A stretch of DNA of 64,000 bases from Bdellovibrionota bacterium (GCA_965207455.1 CBDBMJ010000001.1:32001-96000), one strand, 5' to 3'. Positions 9,586 to 20,021 are shown, numbered from the stretch's first letter. Numbers and translations: made by a program. The notes: generated by a model not told the origin, from the sequence alone.

Positions 9586-10233
9586 GTGATTATGGAGGAA
9601 ATAAATTTACACCAACGTAGTGATTTACACTTATTAAGGAAAACCTTTCATATTTGCTTTGGTATCGCCTTGCTCTACCCCCTCTGGTACGAGCAAAAAA
9701 GTAGGGAATGGATGGCTGCCTTTTTGGGTACTTTGCTGGCTTTGGTGATGTCCATTGAATATATGCGCAGCCACTGGAAAGAGGTTAATCAATGGATGGT
9801 ACGGATTATGGGTCCTGTAATGCGGGAGAGTGAGGTGACGGCTATTTCTGGTATTCCTTTCTACCTTGGCTCTTTCCTCTTTTCCGTGTTGGTTTTCCCG
9901 GAACACATTACAATCATCGCTATGCTACACCTTATATTTGGAGACCCCAGTTCCAGTTTTTTTGGTGTCCTGTGGGGACGGGACAAACTGTTTCCCCATA
10001 AAAGTCTTCAGGGTGCTTTGGGTGGCTTTGCTGTGTGTACAACCACAACGGCCCTTTACCTGCATATAGCTCAGATCGGGGATGGGAAAATTGTGATTCT
10101 TTCGATCATTGGTGGATTGGCAGGTGCCATTGCAGAGTTATTGCCTTTAAATATTGATGATAACTTTTCCATCCCAGTTGTGAGCGGAGGGATTATATCT
10201 CTAACGTTTTGGTGTGGAGGGATAGTGGTCTAG
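9586..10233 (+). CDS. Dolichol/phytol/diacylglycerol kinase family (CTP_transf_1) membrane protein
   Basis: RKTFH, FGDPSSSFFG, KSLQG, AELLPLNIDDNFSIP motifs. Confidence 0.82.
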   Translation: MIMEEINLHQRSDLHLLRKTFHICFGIALLYPLWYEQKSREWMAAFLGTLLALVMSIEYMRSHWKEVNQWMVRIMGPVMRESEVTAISGIPFYLGSFLFSVLVFPEHITIIAMLHLIFGDPSSSFFGVLWGRDKLFPHKSLQGALGGFAVCTTTTALYLHIAQIGDGKIVILSIIGGLAGAIAELLPLNIDDNFSIPVVSGGIISLTFWCGGIVV

Positions 10234-12113
10234 TCTTCTTTAGTATCCGTTGCTGGCGTTTCTTCTTCTGCTGCTTTTTTTGCTGGTGCTTTCTCTGCTG
10301 GTTCTTTTTTTGCTGCCGGTTTTGTTTTCAACTTGAGTTTGCCGCCAAATAACTTTCCTAACGTACTGGTAGTAGTTTTCTTTTCTCCCATATAGGTTTC
10401 AATATCAGCTCGCTCTTTCATTTCTTTGTAAGCTTTAACGGAGAGGTTGATTTTGCGTTCCTTGGGATCGATGGTGGTGATTTGTGCTTTGGTAACGTCG
10501 CCCACGTTTAGCACATCGGTTATTTTGTCTACTTTCTCAGGTGAGCCTGTCTCGGAAATATGAATAAAGCCCTCCAGACGAGTCTCTATTTCTAAAAAGG
10601 CACCATGGTTATTCGTTCTTGTAATTTTGCCTTCTATCACTTGACCCATCTTGTATCGATCTTTAACGCCTTCCCATGGGTCATGCTCCAATTGCTTGAT
10701 ACCCAGAGAAAACTTTTCCGTTTCTTTGTCGATGGAAAGTACCAGGGCTTGAATTTTTTGGCCTTTTTCTAACATTTCAGAAGGGTGGTTTACTTTCTTT
10801 GTCCAAGAAAGGTCGCTCACATGAACGAGACCGTCAATTTTTTCATCAATGTCCACGAAGGCACCAAAATCAGTGACATTTTTAACAGTACCCTCAACCG
10901 TAGATCCAACAGGGAATTTTTGCTCCAAGAGATCCCATGGGTTTACTGTCAACTGCTTTAAGCCCAGAGAAATGCGGTGGTTTTTAACATCAACATCGAG
11001 AACTTGACATTCCAACTCTTCATTTTCATCGGTGTTAAGCATTTTTGATGGATGCTTAACCCGGTTTGTCCAACTCATCTCACTCACATGGATTAAGCCC
11101 TCAATACCATCTTGCAATTCCACAAAAACGCCGTAGTCCTTAACGGAGATTACCTTACCTTTAACTTTATCGCCGATCTGGTAAACTTCTCCAACCTTGT
11201 CCCATGGGTTATCTTGAACTTGCTTTATGCCAAGGGATACTCGCTCGCGCTCTTTGTCGTATTTTAAAATTCTAACGGTGATTTCATCGCCCACACTAAA
11301 TATTTCCGTGGGGTGCTTGATGCGTCCCCAACTCATATCTGTAATGTGAAGAAGACCATCCATACCGCCAAGGTCGACAAAGGCACCATAGTCAGTGATA
11401 TTTTTCACCACACCTTGAACCACTTGCCCTTCTTGTAATTGTCCCAATGTTTCCTCTCTAAGTTTTTCATGCTCTTTTAATAGAAGAGTCTTACGGGAGA
11501 GAACAATATTTCCTCGCTGCTTATTGAATTTGATTACTTTAAAATTTAGTTTTTTCCCAACATATTTATCCAAATTGCGGACAGGGCGAATGTCTATTTG
11601 TGAGCCGGGAAGGAATGCCTTGACTCCAATATCCACAGACAAGCCTCCTTTTATCTTAGAGAGAACGGTGCCAGAAATAATCTCGTCTTTTTCACAGGCA
11701 TGGGCAATGGTATCCCAAGCTAACATTACCTCTGCCTTGTCTTTAGAGAGGATCATGTGACCACTCTCATTCTCCACACATTCAAGGTAGACACTGATCG
11801 TATCCCCTGGAACAACAGACACTTCATTTCTTATATTGCGAAACTCTGCGATGGGAACCAGCCCTTCACTTTTGTAACCAATGTCCACGGTTACATAGTC
11901 GTTCATAACAGTGATTACTTTTCCTTGAACAACTTCGCCTTCTTTAATTCCAGAAAGGCCGTCATCGCCTTTTTCAAACAGCTCTTTAAACGAAGGTCCC
12001 GTATCTCCTGTGGCAAATTGTTTTTTATCCCGAGCTTCAATATCCTGCTGGTCGATTTGATTCGCTTCATCCAGGCCTACTGTCTCAAAATCGTTTATCC
12101 ACTTATTTTCCAT
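10230..12113 (-). CDS. rpsA: 30S ribosomal protein S1 (true start may be ATC at 12173)
   Basis: Six S1 repeats (VDIGYKSEG, YGAFVDLGGMDGLLHITDMSW etc.). Confidence 0.97.
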   Translation of the reverse strand: MENKWINDFETVGLDEANQIDQQDIEARDKKQFATGDTGPSFKELFEKGDDGLSGIKEGEVVQGKVITVMNDYVTVDIGYKSEGLVPIAEFRNIRNEVSVVPGDTISVYLECVENESGHMILSKDKAEVMLAWDTIAHACEKDEIISGTVLSKIKGGLSVDIGVKAFLPGSQIDIRPVRNLDKYVGKKLNFKVIKFNKQRGNIVLSRKTLLLKEHEKLREETLGQLQEGQVVQGVVKNITDYGAFVDLGGMDGLLHITDMSWGRIKHPTEIFSVGDEITVRILKYDKERERVSLGIKQVQDNPWDKVGEVYQIGDKVKGKVISVKDYGVFVELQDGIEGLIHVSEMSWTNRVKHPSKMLNTDENEELECQVLDVDVKNHRISLGLKQLTVNPWDLLEQKFPVGSTVEGTVKNVTDFGAFVDIDEKIDGLVHVSDLSWTKKVNHPSEMLEKGQKIQALVLSIDKETEKFSLGIKQLEHDPWEGVKDRYKMGQVIEGKITRTNNHGAFLEIETRLEGFIHISETGSPEKVDKITDVLNVGDVTKAQITTIDPKERKINLSVKAYKEMKERADIETYMGEKKTTTSTLGKLFGGKLKLKTKPAAKKEPAEKAPAKKAAEEETPATDTKED

Positions 12114-12403
12114 TTTTTTGTGTTGTCTTAGATTGGCTTTATCTGAAGAAGCCGTATTCGATGTAGTGCTGATTGTAGAGTCCCCCTTTCAAAGGTCTTG
12201 ATACCCTTTAAAACATAAAAAACCGAATTGATCAATAAATTTTATGCGCCTGCCAGAAACACTTAGCAGAGACGCCCACCAGAGACACCTACCAGAGGCA
12301 TGGCGTAAGAAAGCCACATATAGATAGGGCAGAAAGTGGAATATTTTATTAAGTTAAGGAAAACAGGGATTTAGAAAAAATACGGTCCTGGTTACAATAG
12401 TAC

Positions 12404-12432
12404 TTGACTAATTAAATGATTTGATGCATGAT
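12404..12432 (+). promoter_or_regulatory. Putative sigma70 promoter, possibly giving a leaderless transcript
   Basis: TTGACT-17 nt-CATGAT ending 5 nt before ATG 12438. Confidence 0.45.
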
Positions 12433-12437
12433 GCGCT

Positions 12438-12887
12438 ATGGAAGAAGAGAAGACGAAAAAGCAAAAAATACATTATGCCTATTTAGGTCTACTACGTATT
12501 CTCAGCCTTACGGCAGCGATGCTGCTGTATACATATAGCATTGGTTCTACAGGGAAAGATCAGAGAAATTATTCTGATACAGGTGATTGCAAATTTCACC
12601 TTCCGTCGCAAGACATCTTATCCCAAATAGGACAGGGCAATCATCAAAGAGATTACGAAATTATAGTCGAAGAGTGCGGTGCCACAGCATCTACAGTAGA
12701 GGACTATGTGAGCGGTAATATTTACGATGCTTACAACTACAAGGGGGAAATAATTGAGAACTATAGCAGCTATGGTTGCGCCGGCTATAGAGCCTCTCTA
12801 GACAAAAACCGGGCAAGCATACAGAATCTCGATGATCGGAAGGTATGCGAAACAAACACTGATTATTACTCTCTGTACAATAGGTAG
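12438..12887 (+). CDS. Hypothetical membrane-anchored/exported protein, 4 Cys
   Basis: 149-aa ORF with one N-terminal hydrophobic segment. Confidence 0.6.
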   Translation: MEEEKTKKQKIHYAYLGLLRILSLTAAMLLYTYSIGSTGKDQRNYSDTGDCKFHLPSQDILSQIGQGNHQRDYEIIVEECGATASTVEDYVSGNIYDAYNYKGEIIENYSSYGCAGYRASLDKNRASIQNLDDRKVCETNTDYYSLYNR

Positions 12888-12982
12888 AGAGAGATTTCGG
12901 CAGCCAGAAACAAAAAAATATCAGATTAAATTAATAAAAACAATAGGTTATAAATTTCTGATAAAAACAGTCAAAGTAGTAC

Positions 12983-13011
12983 TTGACCGTCACTGTATTT
13001 TATGGCATAAT
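12983..13011 (+). promoter_or_regulatory. Putative sigma70 promoter
   Basis: TTGACC-17 nt-CATAAT upstream of the lipoprotein gene. Confidence 0.55.
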
Positions 13012-13085
13012 GCACCATACTGGCTTTGATGCATAGTGCGTCTTTGGCAGCAGAAATTAATAAACTAACAAATGGGGATAAGAAA

Positions 13086-13364
13086 ATGAAGAAACAAAAT
13101 AATACAATAGTAATAGCAACAGCAATGCTTGCAATAGCATTATCAGGGTGTGGTGGATTGTCTGGATCTAAGCAACAGGATTGGAAGCCTGTGATCGAGC
13201 AATCTGATACCTTGGAATTAGAAAACAGATCTGATGATAATGGAAATTTCAGCTTAGCAGATGATGAGGGAAATATCATCGTAGCAGATGATGAGGGAAA
13301 TGCTAAAGGAAGAGTACAAATAACAATAGGAAGATTTCCATCTTTTGGAAATCCCAACTTGTAA
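13086..13364 (+). CDS. Small acidic lipoprotein
   Basis: GGGGA RBS; MKKQ..hydrophobic..LSGC lipobox; ADDEGN repeated twice. Confidence 0.7.
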   Translation: MKKQNNTIVIATAMLAIALSGCGGLSGSKQQDWKPVIEQSDTLELENRSDDNGNFSLADDEGNIIVADDEGNAKGRVQITIGRFPSFGNPNL

Positions 13365-13524
13365 TGTGGATAGTGCTGTAGTAATTGATTACCTTCAAAA
13401 ACAATAGATCAGCATTCATTCAATACTCAGGTTTCGTGAAAATATTCAGGAAAAGGCTTGCAATTTAATGCGATGCAGTGTACTGTTTGTAGGTAATTTT
13501 TAATGAATAAAAGGATGGTTTCCC

Positions 13525-13818
13525 ATGGGTACAGTTATTTCTCTACAAGCATACAAAAAGCTTAAAGAATGCCACAAGCGTTGCTTGGGCTATCAGAAAA
13601 AGCTGATGGGTATGGACAATATGGAGCTAATTTTGGAACTGGAGCGCTATAGCGAGGAGTTTGATAAAGACTCCCATAGCTTTATGACGGTTGTGAAGGG
13701 GAGGCTTTTGATGAGGATTCTTAAGCAAAAATCTCTTACCAATATATTGAAGAAGTATGTGGCCAGTGAGGAGGCTCGGATTCAGAATCGGCAGCGGTGG
13801 ATATCCGAGGAGATCTAA
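13525..13818 (+). CDS. Hypothetical protein
   Basis: 97-aa ORF with AAGGA RBS; MGTVISLQAYKK N-terminus. Confidence 0.6.
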   Translation: MGTVISLQAYKKLKECHKRCLGYQKKLMGMDNMELILELERYSEEFDKDSHSFMTVVKGRLLMRILKQKSLTNILKKYVASEEARIQNRQRWISEEI

Positions 13819-13826
13819 TTGTGGTT

Positions 13827-15179
13827 TTACATAAGGTGTGTGGCCAGTTCTGAGAGCTCAGATCGTTCCCCTTTTGTGAGTATCACGCTTCCAGCGATGG
13901 CTTCATTTTTAAAGCGTTCCACCACATAGCTTAGGCCGTTGCTTGCTTCATCGAGGTAGGGGCTATCGATTTGGAGAGTGTCTCCAGTGATCACAATTTT
14001 TGTACGTTCTCCAGCCCGGGTGATGATGGTTTTCATTTCGTGGGGGGAGAGGTTTTGGGCTTCGTCGATAATCATAAATTGTTGGGGGATGGATCGTCCC
14101 CGGATATAGGTCAGTGGTTCGATATTTAGGATTCCCTGATCCACGAGTTCTTGGCAGCCCCTATCGATACTTCCCCTTCGTCGGTTTTTTGTGACGGAGC
14201 TTGAACCCAGGAGGAAGTCGATATTATCAAATACGGGTTGCATATAGGGGTGGAGTTTTTCCTCTACGGTTCCAGGGAGGAAGCCGATGTCCTTACCAAG
14301 GGGCATGACGGGTCTACTCACCAGTAGGCGATTGTATATATTATCGTCCACGGTTTTCGACAATCCAGCGGCAAGCGTGAGGAGGGTCTTTCCCGTGCCT
14401 GCTTTGCCCACTAGGCTTACGAGTTTTATTTTGTCGTTGAGTAGCAGATCGACGGCAAAGGTTTGCTCCACATTTCTGGGAAAAATACCCCAGAGTCCTT
14501 TTACAAATTTATGGACGGGAACAATCGCGTCCTCCTCTTTGTCAAAACGACCAATGGCTGTGTGGGTGGGGTTGCTCTCGTCCTTTAATACGACAAACTG
14601 ATTGGGGAATAATTGGATCTTGGGGAGAGTTAGCTTTTTCTCTAAGAAAAGTGTGTCGATACTTTCTCCTGGGACAAGCTGGGTGCTGATGCCCGAAAAG
14701 AGTTGATCGTCTCCTTCCTGGTCCATTTGGCCAGAGAATTGTTTGAGCTGGTAGTCTTGCGCTTGAATGCCAAAGGCGTCCGCCTTGATACGAAGGTTTA
14801 TATCCTTGGAAATAAGCTTGGTTTGGTGGTCTGGGTGTTCTTCCTGGAGATTGGCTGCTACGGAAAGCATTTGATTGTCCGCTTTACTCACATCAAAGCC
14901 TGGACCCAAGGCAGAGACATTTGTCATTTCCACCCTCAGGAGTCCGCCTCCATTGGGTAGGGTAACTCCTTTGTTGAGAGCTCCCTGTTTGCGAAGTCCA
15001 TCGATGAGGCGAGAGAAGGTGCGAGCACTACGTCCGTTTTCCGTCATGCTGTGCTTGAAGCGGTCAATTTCCTCAATGACGATAATGGGGATAACCACAT
15101 CATTTTTTTGAAATTTAAAAATAGCGTGGGGGTCGAAGAGAACAACGTTGGTATCAATAACGACAATAGATTTTTTCAA
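13827..15179 (-). CDS. PIN-domain PhoH family ATPase (PhoH2/YlaK)
   Basis: IDTNV PIN motif; GKAGTGKT; IGFLPG; YIRGRS; IIDEAQN; TTG start with GGAGG RBS. Confidence 0.92.
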   Translation of the reverse strand: MKKSIVVIDTNVVLFDPHAIFKFQKNDVVIPIIVIEEIDRFKHSMTENGRSARTFSRLIDGLRKQGALNKGVTLPNGGGLLRVEMTNVSALGPGFDVSKADNQMLSVAANLQEEHPDHQTKLISKDINLRIKADAFGIQAQDYQLKQFSGQMDQEGDDQLFSGISTQLVPGESIDTLFLEKKLTLPKIQLFPNQFVVLKDESNPTHTAIGRFDKEEDAIVPVHKFVKGLWGIFPRNVEQTFAVDLLLNDKIKLVSLVGKAGTGKTLLTLAAGLSKTVDDNIYNRLLVSRPVMPLGKDIGFLPGTVEEKLHPYMQPVFDNIDFLLGSSSVTKNRRRGSIDRGCQELVDQGILNIEPLTYIRGRSIPQQFMIIDEAQNLSPHEMKTIITRAGERTKIVITGDTLQIDSPYLDEASNGLSYVVERFKNEAIAGSVILTKGERSELSELATHLM

Positions 15180-15334
15180 TATTCCTCCAGCTGGGTTAAC
15201 TCATAGCATTATGTTGGGTTTTCCAAAGCTCCCCACCACATACTAATAAAATAGTATCTTAGGTGGAGCATTTTGCGCAAGAGGGGAGAAAAGTGTGGCA
15301 TTTTTTTTTATTCTATCGTACCTTTCTATTACTT

Positions 15335-15529
15335 ATGGCTGTTCCAAAGAAAAAAATATCCCAATCTCGAAGAGACATGCGCCGTTACTCCAATCGCTGG
15401 AAGCTAGAGGCCGTACATACTGTAGCGTGTTCCCATTGCAGCGGACCTGTTCGTCCACACTGCATCTGCGATAACTGCGGCTACTACTCCAAACGCCTAG
15501 CCATTCATCCTCAAAACGGAGATGTATAG
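15335..15529 (+). CDS. rpmF: 50S ribosomal protein L32 (Zn-binding form)
   Basis: MAVPKKKISQSRRDMRR; CxxC..CxxCGYY. Confidence 0.93.
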   Translation: MAVPKKKISQSRRDMRRYSNRWKLEAVHTVACSHCSGPVRPHCICDNCGYYSKRLAIHPQNGDV

Positions 15530-15547
15530 TTTTTCTAGGATTTTTAA

Positions 15548-16609
15548 ATGAATACCCCTACTGCCACAATTTATTTGGATGCTATGGGAGGCGACCTAGC
15601 TCCTGGTATTAATATTCAGGGTGCGGTACTTGCCCTAGAAGCCTGTAACTCTACGGTTGTACTGGTGGGAGATCGCGCTCAAATTGAGCCGCTACTGGAA
15701 GAGGCAATAAAAAAAAGTAATCTCCAAGATACGGCTCATCGGATTCGCATAGAGCACACCACTGAGGTGATTGCCATGGACGATCATCCCTCCAAGGCAG
15801 TGCGTTCTAAAAAAAATGCATCCCTAAATATAGCCATGCGATTGGCTGCTGCCGATAAGAATTCAGCTTTTTTAAGCGCAGGAAATTCTGGAGCCGCGCT
15901 TGCCTCAGGAGTGTTTCACATGAAGCGTCTGCCAGGAGTAGAGCGTCCTGCCATTGCAGCATCCTTGCCAACAAGGACGGATCACCGTACTTTATTGGTG
16001 GATGCGGGAGCCAATACTCAGTGCAATCCCAGTCAATTGGTTCAGTTTGCCCTCTTGGGTTCCACAATGGTCCAACAGCTTTTTCCCGGTCGTGAGGGTT
16101 CCATTGGAGTATTGTCCAACGGGGAGGAAGACACGAAGGGAACGGATCTTACGCGAGAGACGAGTCGTATTTTAAGAAAACTGGAATCCATGGACCTTAT
16201 TCCTAAGGGGATCTTTCGTGGGTATACCGAGGGAAAAAAATGTATTGATGGTGCGGTGGATGTGCTAGTTTGCGACGGTTTCACAGGTAATATTTTACTG
16301 AAATCCTTGGAGGGTTGTGTTTCCACGGTAGCCTATATCCTCAAGGAAGCAGTGAGGACAAACTACTTAGCAAAAATTGGCATGCTCTTGGCAAGCGGAC
16401 CGCTGAAAAAATTACGAGCCAAGCTGGACTACTCTGAGGTGGGAGGGGCTCCTCTGATTGGCCTGAATGGGCAGGCATTTATTGCCCATGGAGGCTCCCA
16501 ACCCCGAGCCATTAAAAATGCAATTTTACAAGCATCTAGGGCAGTGGAAACTAATTTACCCGATATGTTAGTTAGCATTATTAATAAAACAAAGCCCCAT
16601 CTGCAGTGA
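15548..16609 (+). CDS. plsX: Phosphate acyltransferase
   Basis: LDAMGGD, SAGNSGA, DAGAN, CDGFTGN, GGAPLIGL. Confidence 0.95.
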   Translation: MNTPTATIYLDAMGGDLAPGINIQGAVLALEACNSTVVLVGDRAQIEPLLEEAIKKSNLQDTAHRIRIEHTTEVIAMDDHPSKAVRSKKNASLNIAMRLAAADKNSAFLSAGNSGAALASGVFHMKRLPGVERPAIAASLPTRTDHRTLLVDAGANTQCNPSQLVQFALLGSTMVQQLFPGREGSIGVLSNGEEDTKGTDLTRETSRILRKLESMDLIPKGIFRGYTEGKKCIDGAVDVLVCDGFTGNILLKSLEGCVSTVAYILKEAVRTNYLAKIGMLLASGPLKKLRAKLDYSEVGGAPLIGLNGQAFIAHGGSQPRAIKNAILQASRAVETNLPDMLVSIINKTKPHLQ

Positions 16610-16628
16610 TGATTTATGGAGGTATTCC

Positions 16629-17615
16629 TTGCAGCATTCTAAAGTTCTTTCTCTGGGGTCTTATTTCCCTGAGCAAATTGTAACAAATCGTGATTTAGAA
16701 AAAATAATAGATACCACAGATGAATGGATTGCGGACCGTTCTGGAATTCATGCTCGTCGAAAAATAGCTCCAGGACAAAGCAATAGTGATATGGGTGCCA
16801 TTGCTGCTAAACAGGCTCTTAAGAGAGCAAATGTGGACCCCATGGACGTGGACCTTATCATCTACTGTACCGCTTCTCCAGATAAGCTATTGCCCAGCAC
16901 GGGTTGTATTATGCAACCAAAAATTGGAGCCATGAATGCGGCTGCCTTTGATTTAGCGGCTGCTTGTTGTGGCTGGTTGCTGGGTCTTTCCGTGGCGGAT
17001 CAGTATATTCGCTCAGGAGCCTATAAAAATATTTTAATCATGGGTGTGGAGGCCCTTTCTCGTGTAACAAACTGGAAGGATCGCAATACTTGTGTGCTAT
17101 TTGGAGATGGAGCTGGTTGTTGCCTTTTAACTCCTAGGGAGCAGGGGGAGTCCAGTCAAATATACTCTCCGCACATGAAATCCGATGGACGCTATGAAGG
17201 GATTTTAGATATACCCGCTGGGGGATCGAGCACGTCTCTCACTAAGGAACTTTTAGAGGCGAATGAGCACTGTATACACATGAGGGGCAGGGAAGTGTTT
17301 AAGCTGGCAGTAACAGCCCTAGCAGAGCGCTCTCAGGAAGCCCTAGACGGTGCTGGGTATTCGGTTGACGATGTTGACTGGTTTATTCCCCACCAAGCCA
17401 ATATTCGCATCATCGAGGTGGTGGCAAAAAAGCTCAATGTTCCTAAAGAAAAGATTCTTATTAACTTAGATAGGTACGGAAACACAAGTGCTGCCACCAT
17501 TCCAACAGTAATGGATGAGGCTGTGGAGCAGGGAAAAATTAAACGGGGTCAACTGCTTTTGCTGGCCTCCTTTGGTGGAGGACTCACTTCGGCGGGTCAG
17601 TTGATTCGATGGTAG
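16629..17615 (+). CDS. fabH: 3-oxoacyl-ACP synthase III
   Basis: AACCG, LFGDGAG, PHQANIRII, YGNTSAA; TTG start with GGAGG. Confidence 0.95.
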   Translation: MQHSKVLSLGSYFPEQIVTNRDLEKIIDTTDEWIADRSGIHARRKIAPGQSNSDMGAIAAKQALKRANVDPMDVDLIIYCTASPDKLLPSTGCIMQPKIGAMNAAAFDLAAACCGWLLGLSVADQYIRSGAYKNILIMGVEALSRVTNWKDRNTCVLFGDGAGCCLLTPREQGESSQIYSPHMKSDGRYEGILDIPAGGSSTSLTKELLEANEHCIHMRGREVFKLAVTALAERSQEALDGAGYSVDDVDWFIPHQANIRIIEVVAKKLNVPKEKILINLDRYGNTSAATIPTVMDEAVEQGKIKRGQLLLLASFGGGLTSAGQLIRW

Positions 17616-17621
17616 AAATAG

Positions 17622-18407
17622 ATGGTCGGTATGAATAAAAAATATTTAGAAGGAAAGACTGCGATTGTTACGGGCGCCTCCCAAGGGATTGGAGCAGCCA
17701 TTGCTATTAAGCTTGCAAGAGCAGGTGCTTGGGTACTGATCAATTGTTCTAAAAGTAGGGATAAGGCAGAGGGTGTGTTGGAGGAAATAATGCGCCTAAA
17801 GGCGGAAAAGTTAGCGCCAGAGAGCGCTGGGGGTGCGGTGAGCCTGTTTTCCGTTTCCGACGCCACAGCCGTCAATGAGGCTGTTACCACGCTTTGTAAG
17901 GAAAGGGGTGGAGTCCAAGTGCTGGTCAACAATGCAGGTATTACACGCGATGGGCTTGTGATTCGTCAAAGTGAGGAAGATTGGAATGCGGTTATGGACA
18001 CGAACCTCAAGGGAGCGTTTCTTTGCACAAAGGCTTTGGCTCGTCCCATGCTAAAGGCACGGCAAGGATCCATTATCAATATCAGCAGTGTGGTGGGTGA
18101 GATGGGAAACCCAGGACAGGTATCCTACTGTGCCAGTAAGGCTGGGATGCTAGGACTCACAAAGTCCATGGCAAAGGAGCTGGGGCCTAGGGGAATTCGG
18201 GTCAATGCAATTACCCCTGGTTTTATAGAAACAAAAATGACGAGCGGCATCGATCCTGCCTCTAAAGAAAAAATGTTGGAAAATGTGTATTTAAGGCGTT
18301 TTGGGCGACCGGAAGAGGTTGCAAACCTTGTGGCTTGGTTGGCTTCTGAGGAGAGCAGTTATTTAACTGGGCAAGTCATTGGGGTAAACGGAGGACTTTA
18401 TATGTAA
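17622..18407 (+). CDS. fabG: 3-oxoacyl-ACP reductase
   Basis: TGASQGIG, NNAGITRD, YCASK, VNGGLYM. Confidence 0.95.
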   Translation: MVGMNKKYLEGKTAIVTGASQGIGAAIAIKLARAGAWVLINCSKSRDKAEGVLEEIMRLKAEKLAPESAGGAVSLFSVSDATAVNEAVTTLCKERGGVQVLVNNAGITRDGLVIRQSEEDWNAVMDTNLKGAFLCTKALARPMLKARQGSIINISSVVGEMGNPGQVSYCASKAGMLGLTKSMAKELGPRGIRVNAITPGFIETKMTSGIDPASKEKMLENVYLRRFGRPEEVANLVAWLASEESSYLTGQVIGVNGGLYM

Positions 18408-18487
18408 CTTGGCATCAAGCCTCTTGCACCCACGGAAAAGGGGTGTTATGGAATCATTGAAACGTAAACCTTAGGATATTTAAAATT

Positions 18488-18724
18488 ATGAATGTTGAAG
18501 ATCGAGTAAAAAATATTGTTTGTGAGCAATTAGCTGTAGAGGCAGATAAGGTGACAGAAACTGCTTCTTTTATCGACGATTTAGGGGCAGATAGCCTCGA
18601 CATTGTGGAGCTAGTAATGGTTATGGAAGAGCGCTTTGAGGTGGATATACCCGACTCAGATGCGGAGAAGATGCAAACCGTTGGCGATGCCATTAACTAC
18701 ATTAAAGAAAAAAAAGCTAATTAA
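18488..18724 (+). CDS. acpP: Acyl carrier protein
   Basis: [14 protein letters not shown]. Confidence 0.97.
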   Translation: MNVEDRVKNIVCEQLAVEADKVTETASFIDDLGADSLDIVELVMVMEERFEVDIPDSDAEKMQTVGDAINYIKEKKAN

Positions 18725-18738
18725 ACAGGAGGAACTCT

Positions 18739-20010
18739 GTGAGCCTAGCAAATTGGCCTCACTTAGGTCGTAGAGTTGTTGTTACAGGTCTGGGTGCTAT
18801 TACCCCCTTGGGGCATACGGTCTCTGAGACTTGGACAAATTTAATAGCCGGAAAATCTGGTGCTGCTCCTATTACCCTATTTGATGCCGCAGAACATTCT
18901 GTGCGTTTTGCCTGTGAAGTAAAAGACTATTCTTTTGACCAGCATCTCTCTAGGAAAGAACAGCGAAAAATGGGTCGCTTTATGCGGTTTGGTGTATGCG
19001 CATCTCTAGATGCTTGGAAAGACGCCGGTTTTGAGGGACGATCTGAGAATAATAAATTGGATCCTTTTCGTGTGGGCACCTATTTGGGTTCTGGCATAGG
19101 CGGTATTACTCTTATTGAAAATGCCTACAAGACAGCCATGGAGAAATCTCCCAAGCGAATTAGTACTTTCTTTATTCCGGGAACTATTTCTAATTTAATT
19201 AGCGGTCATGTGTCCATTTTATTAGGAGCCCAAGCCCATTGCGCCAGTGTGGTGAGTGCCTGTGCTTCTGGAAATCACAGCATTGGAGAGTCTGCCCTTT
19301 TAATCTCCAGAGGAGACGCAGATATTATGATCGCAGGAGGTGCAGAAGAAGGGGTGGGTATATGTAGTGTGGGAGGATTTGCTTCCATGAAAGCTCTTTC
19401 TACCCGTAACGACGATCCATCTAGGGCTTCCCGTCCCTTCGATAGGGATAGAGATGGTTTTGTGGTGGGTGAGGGCAGTGGAGTTCTTGTTTTAGAGGAG
19501 TATGAACATGCAAAGAAAAGAAATGCCCGCATTTATGGGGAGGTTACAGGTTATGCCAGCAATGCAGATGCCTACCATATGACTGCACCTAGTCCCAGTG
19601 GCGGTGGTGCCTATCACTGCATGAAACAAGCACTTGCTCACGGAAAGATTTCCTTAGAGTCGGTGGATTATATCAATACCCACGGTACATCTACTCCTTT
19701 AGGAGATCTTACCGAGTCTCAGAATATTGAATTATTATTCCAGGATCATGCAAAGAAAATGGCTTTATCGTCTACAAAAAGTATGACAGGGCACTTATTA
19801 GGTGCGGCTGGAGGAATAGAATCCTGCTTTAGTCTTAAGGCTTTAGAAACAGGAGAAATTCCTCCCACAATTAATTTAGAGAACCAGGATGAGGAGTGTC
19901 GCTTGAACTATACACCCAACGAGGCTGTACAGAAAAAATGCACAACAGTGCTCAATAACAGTTTTGGTTTTGGTGGCACCAATTCTTGTTTGGTTTTTTC
20001 TAAGGTATGA
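18739..20010 (+). CDS. fabF: 3-oxoacyl-ACP synthase II
   Basis: SACASG, HGTST, KSMTGHLLGAAG, NSFGFGGTN. Confidence 0.96.
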   Translation: MSLANWPHLGRRVVVTGLGAITPLGHTVSETWTNLIAGKSGAAPITLFDAAEHSVRFACEVKDYSFDQHLSRKEQRKMGRFMRFGVCASLDAWKDAGFEGRSENNKLDPFRVGTYLGSGIGGITLIENAYKTAMEKSPKRISTFFIPGTISNLISGHVSILLGAQAHCASVVSACASGNHSIGESALLISRGDADIMIAGGAEEGVGICSVGGFASMKALSTRNDDPSRASRPFDRDRDGFVVGEGSGVLVLEEYEHAKKRNARIYGEVTGYASNADAYHMTAPSPSGGGAYHCMKQALAHGKISLESVDYINTHGTSTPLGDLTESQNIELLFQDHAKKMALSSTKSMTGHLLGAAGGIESCFSLKALETGEIPPTINLENQDEECRLNYTPNEAVQKKCTTVLNNSFGFGGTNSCLVFSKV

Positions 20011-20021
20011 GGGTCTAGGGT

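Noticed and set aside
12267..12300. 13-bp imperfect repeats AGAGAC(G/A)CC(C/T)ACC
   Set aside because: Only about 2.5 units with no spacers; not CRISPR, function unsupported
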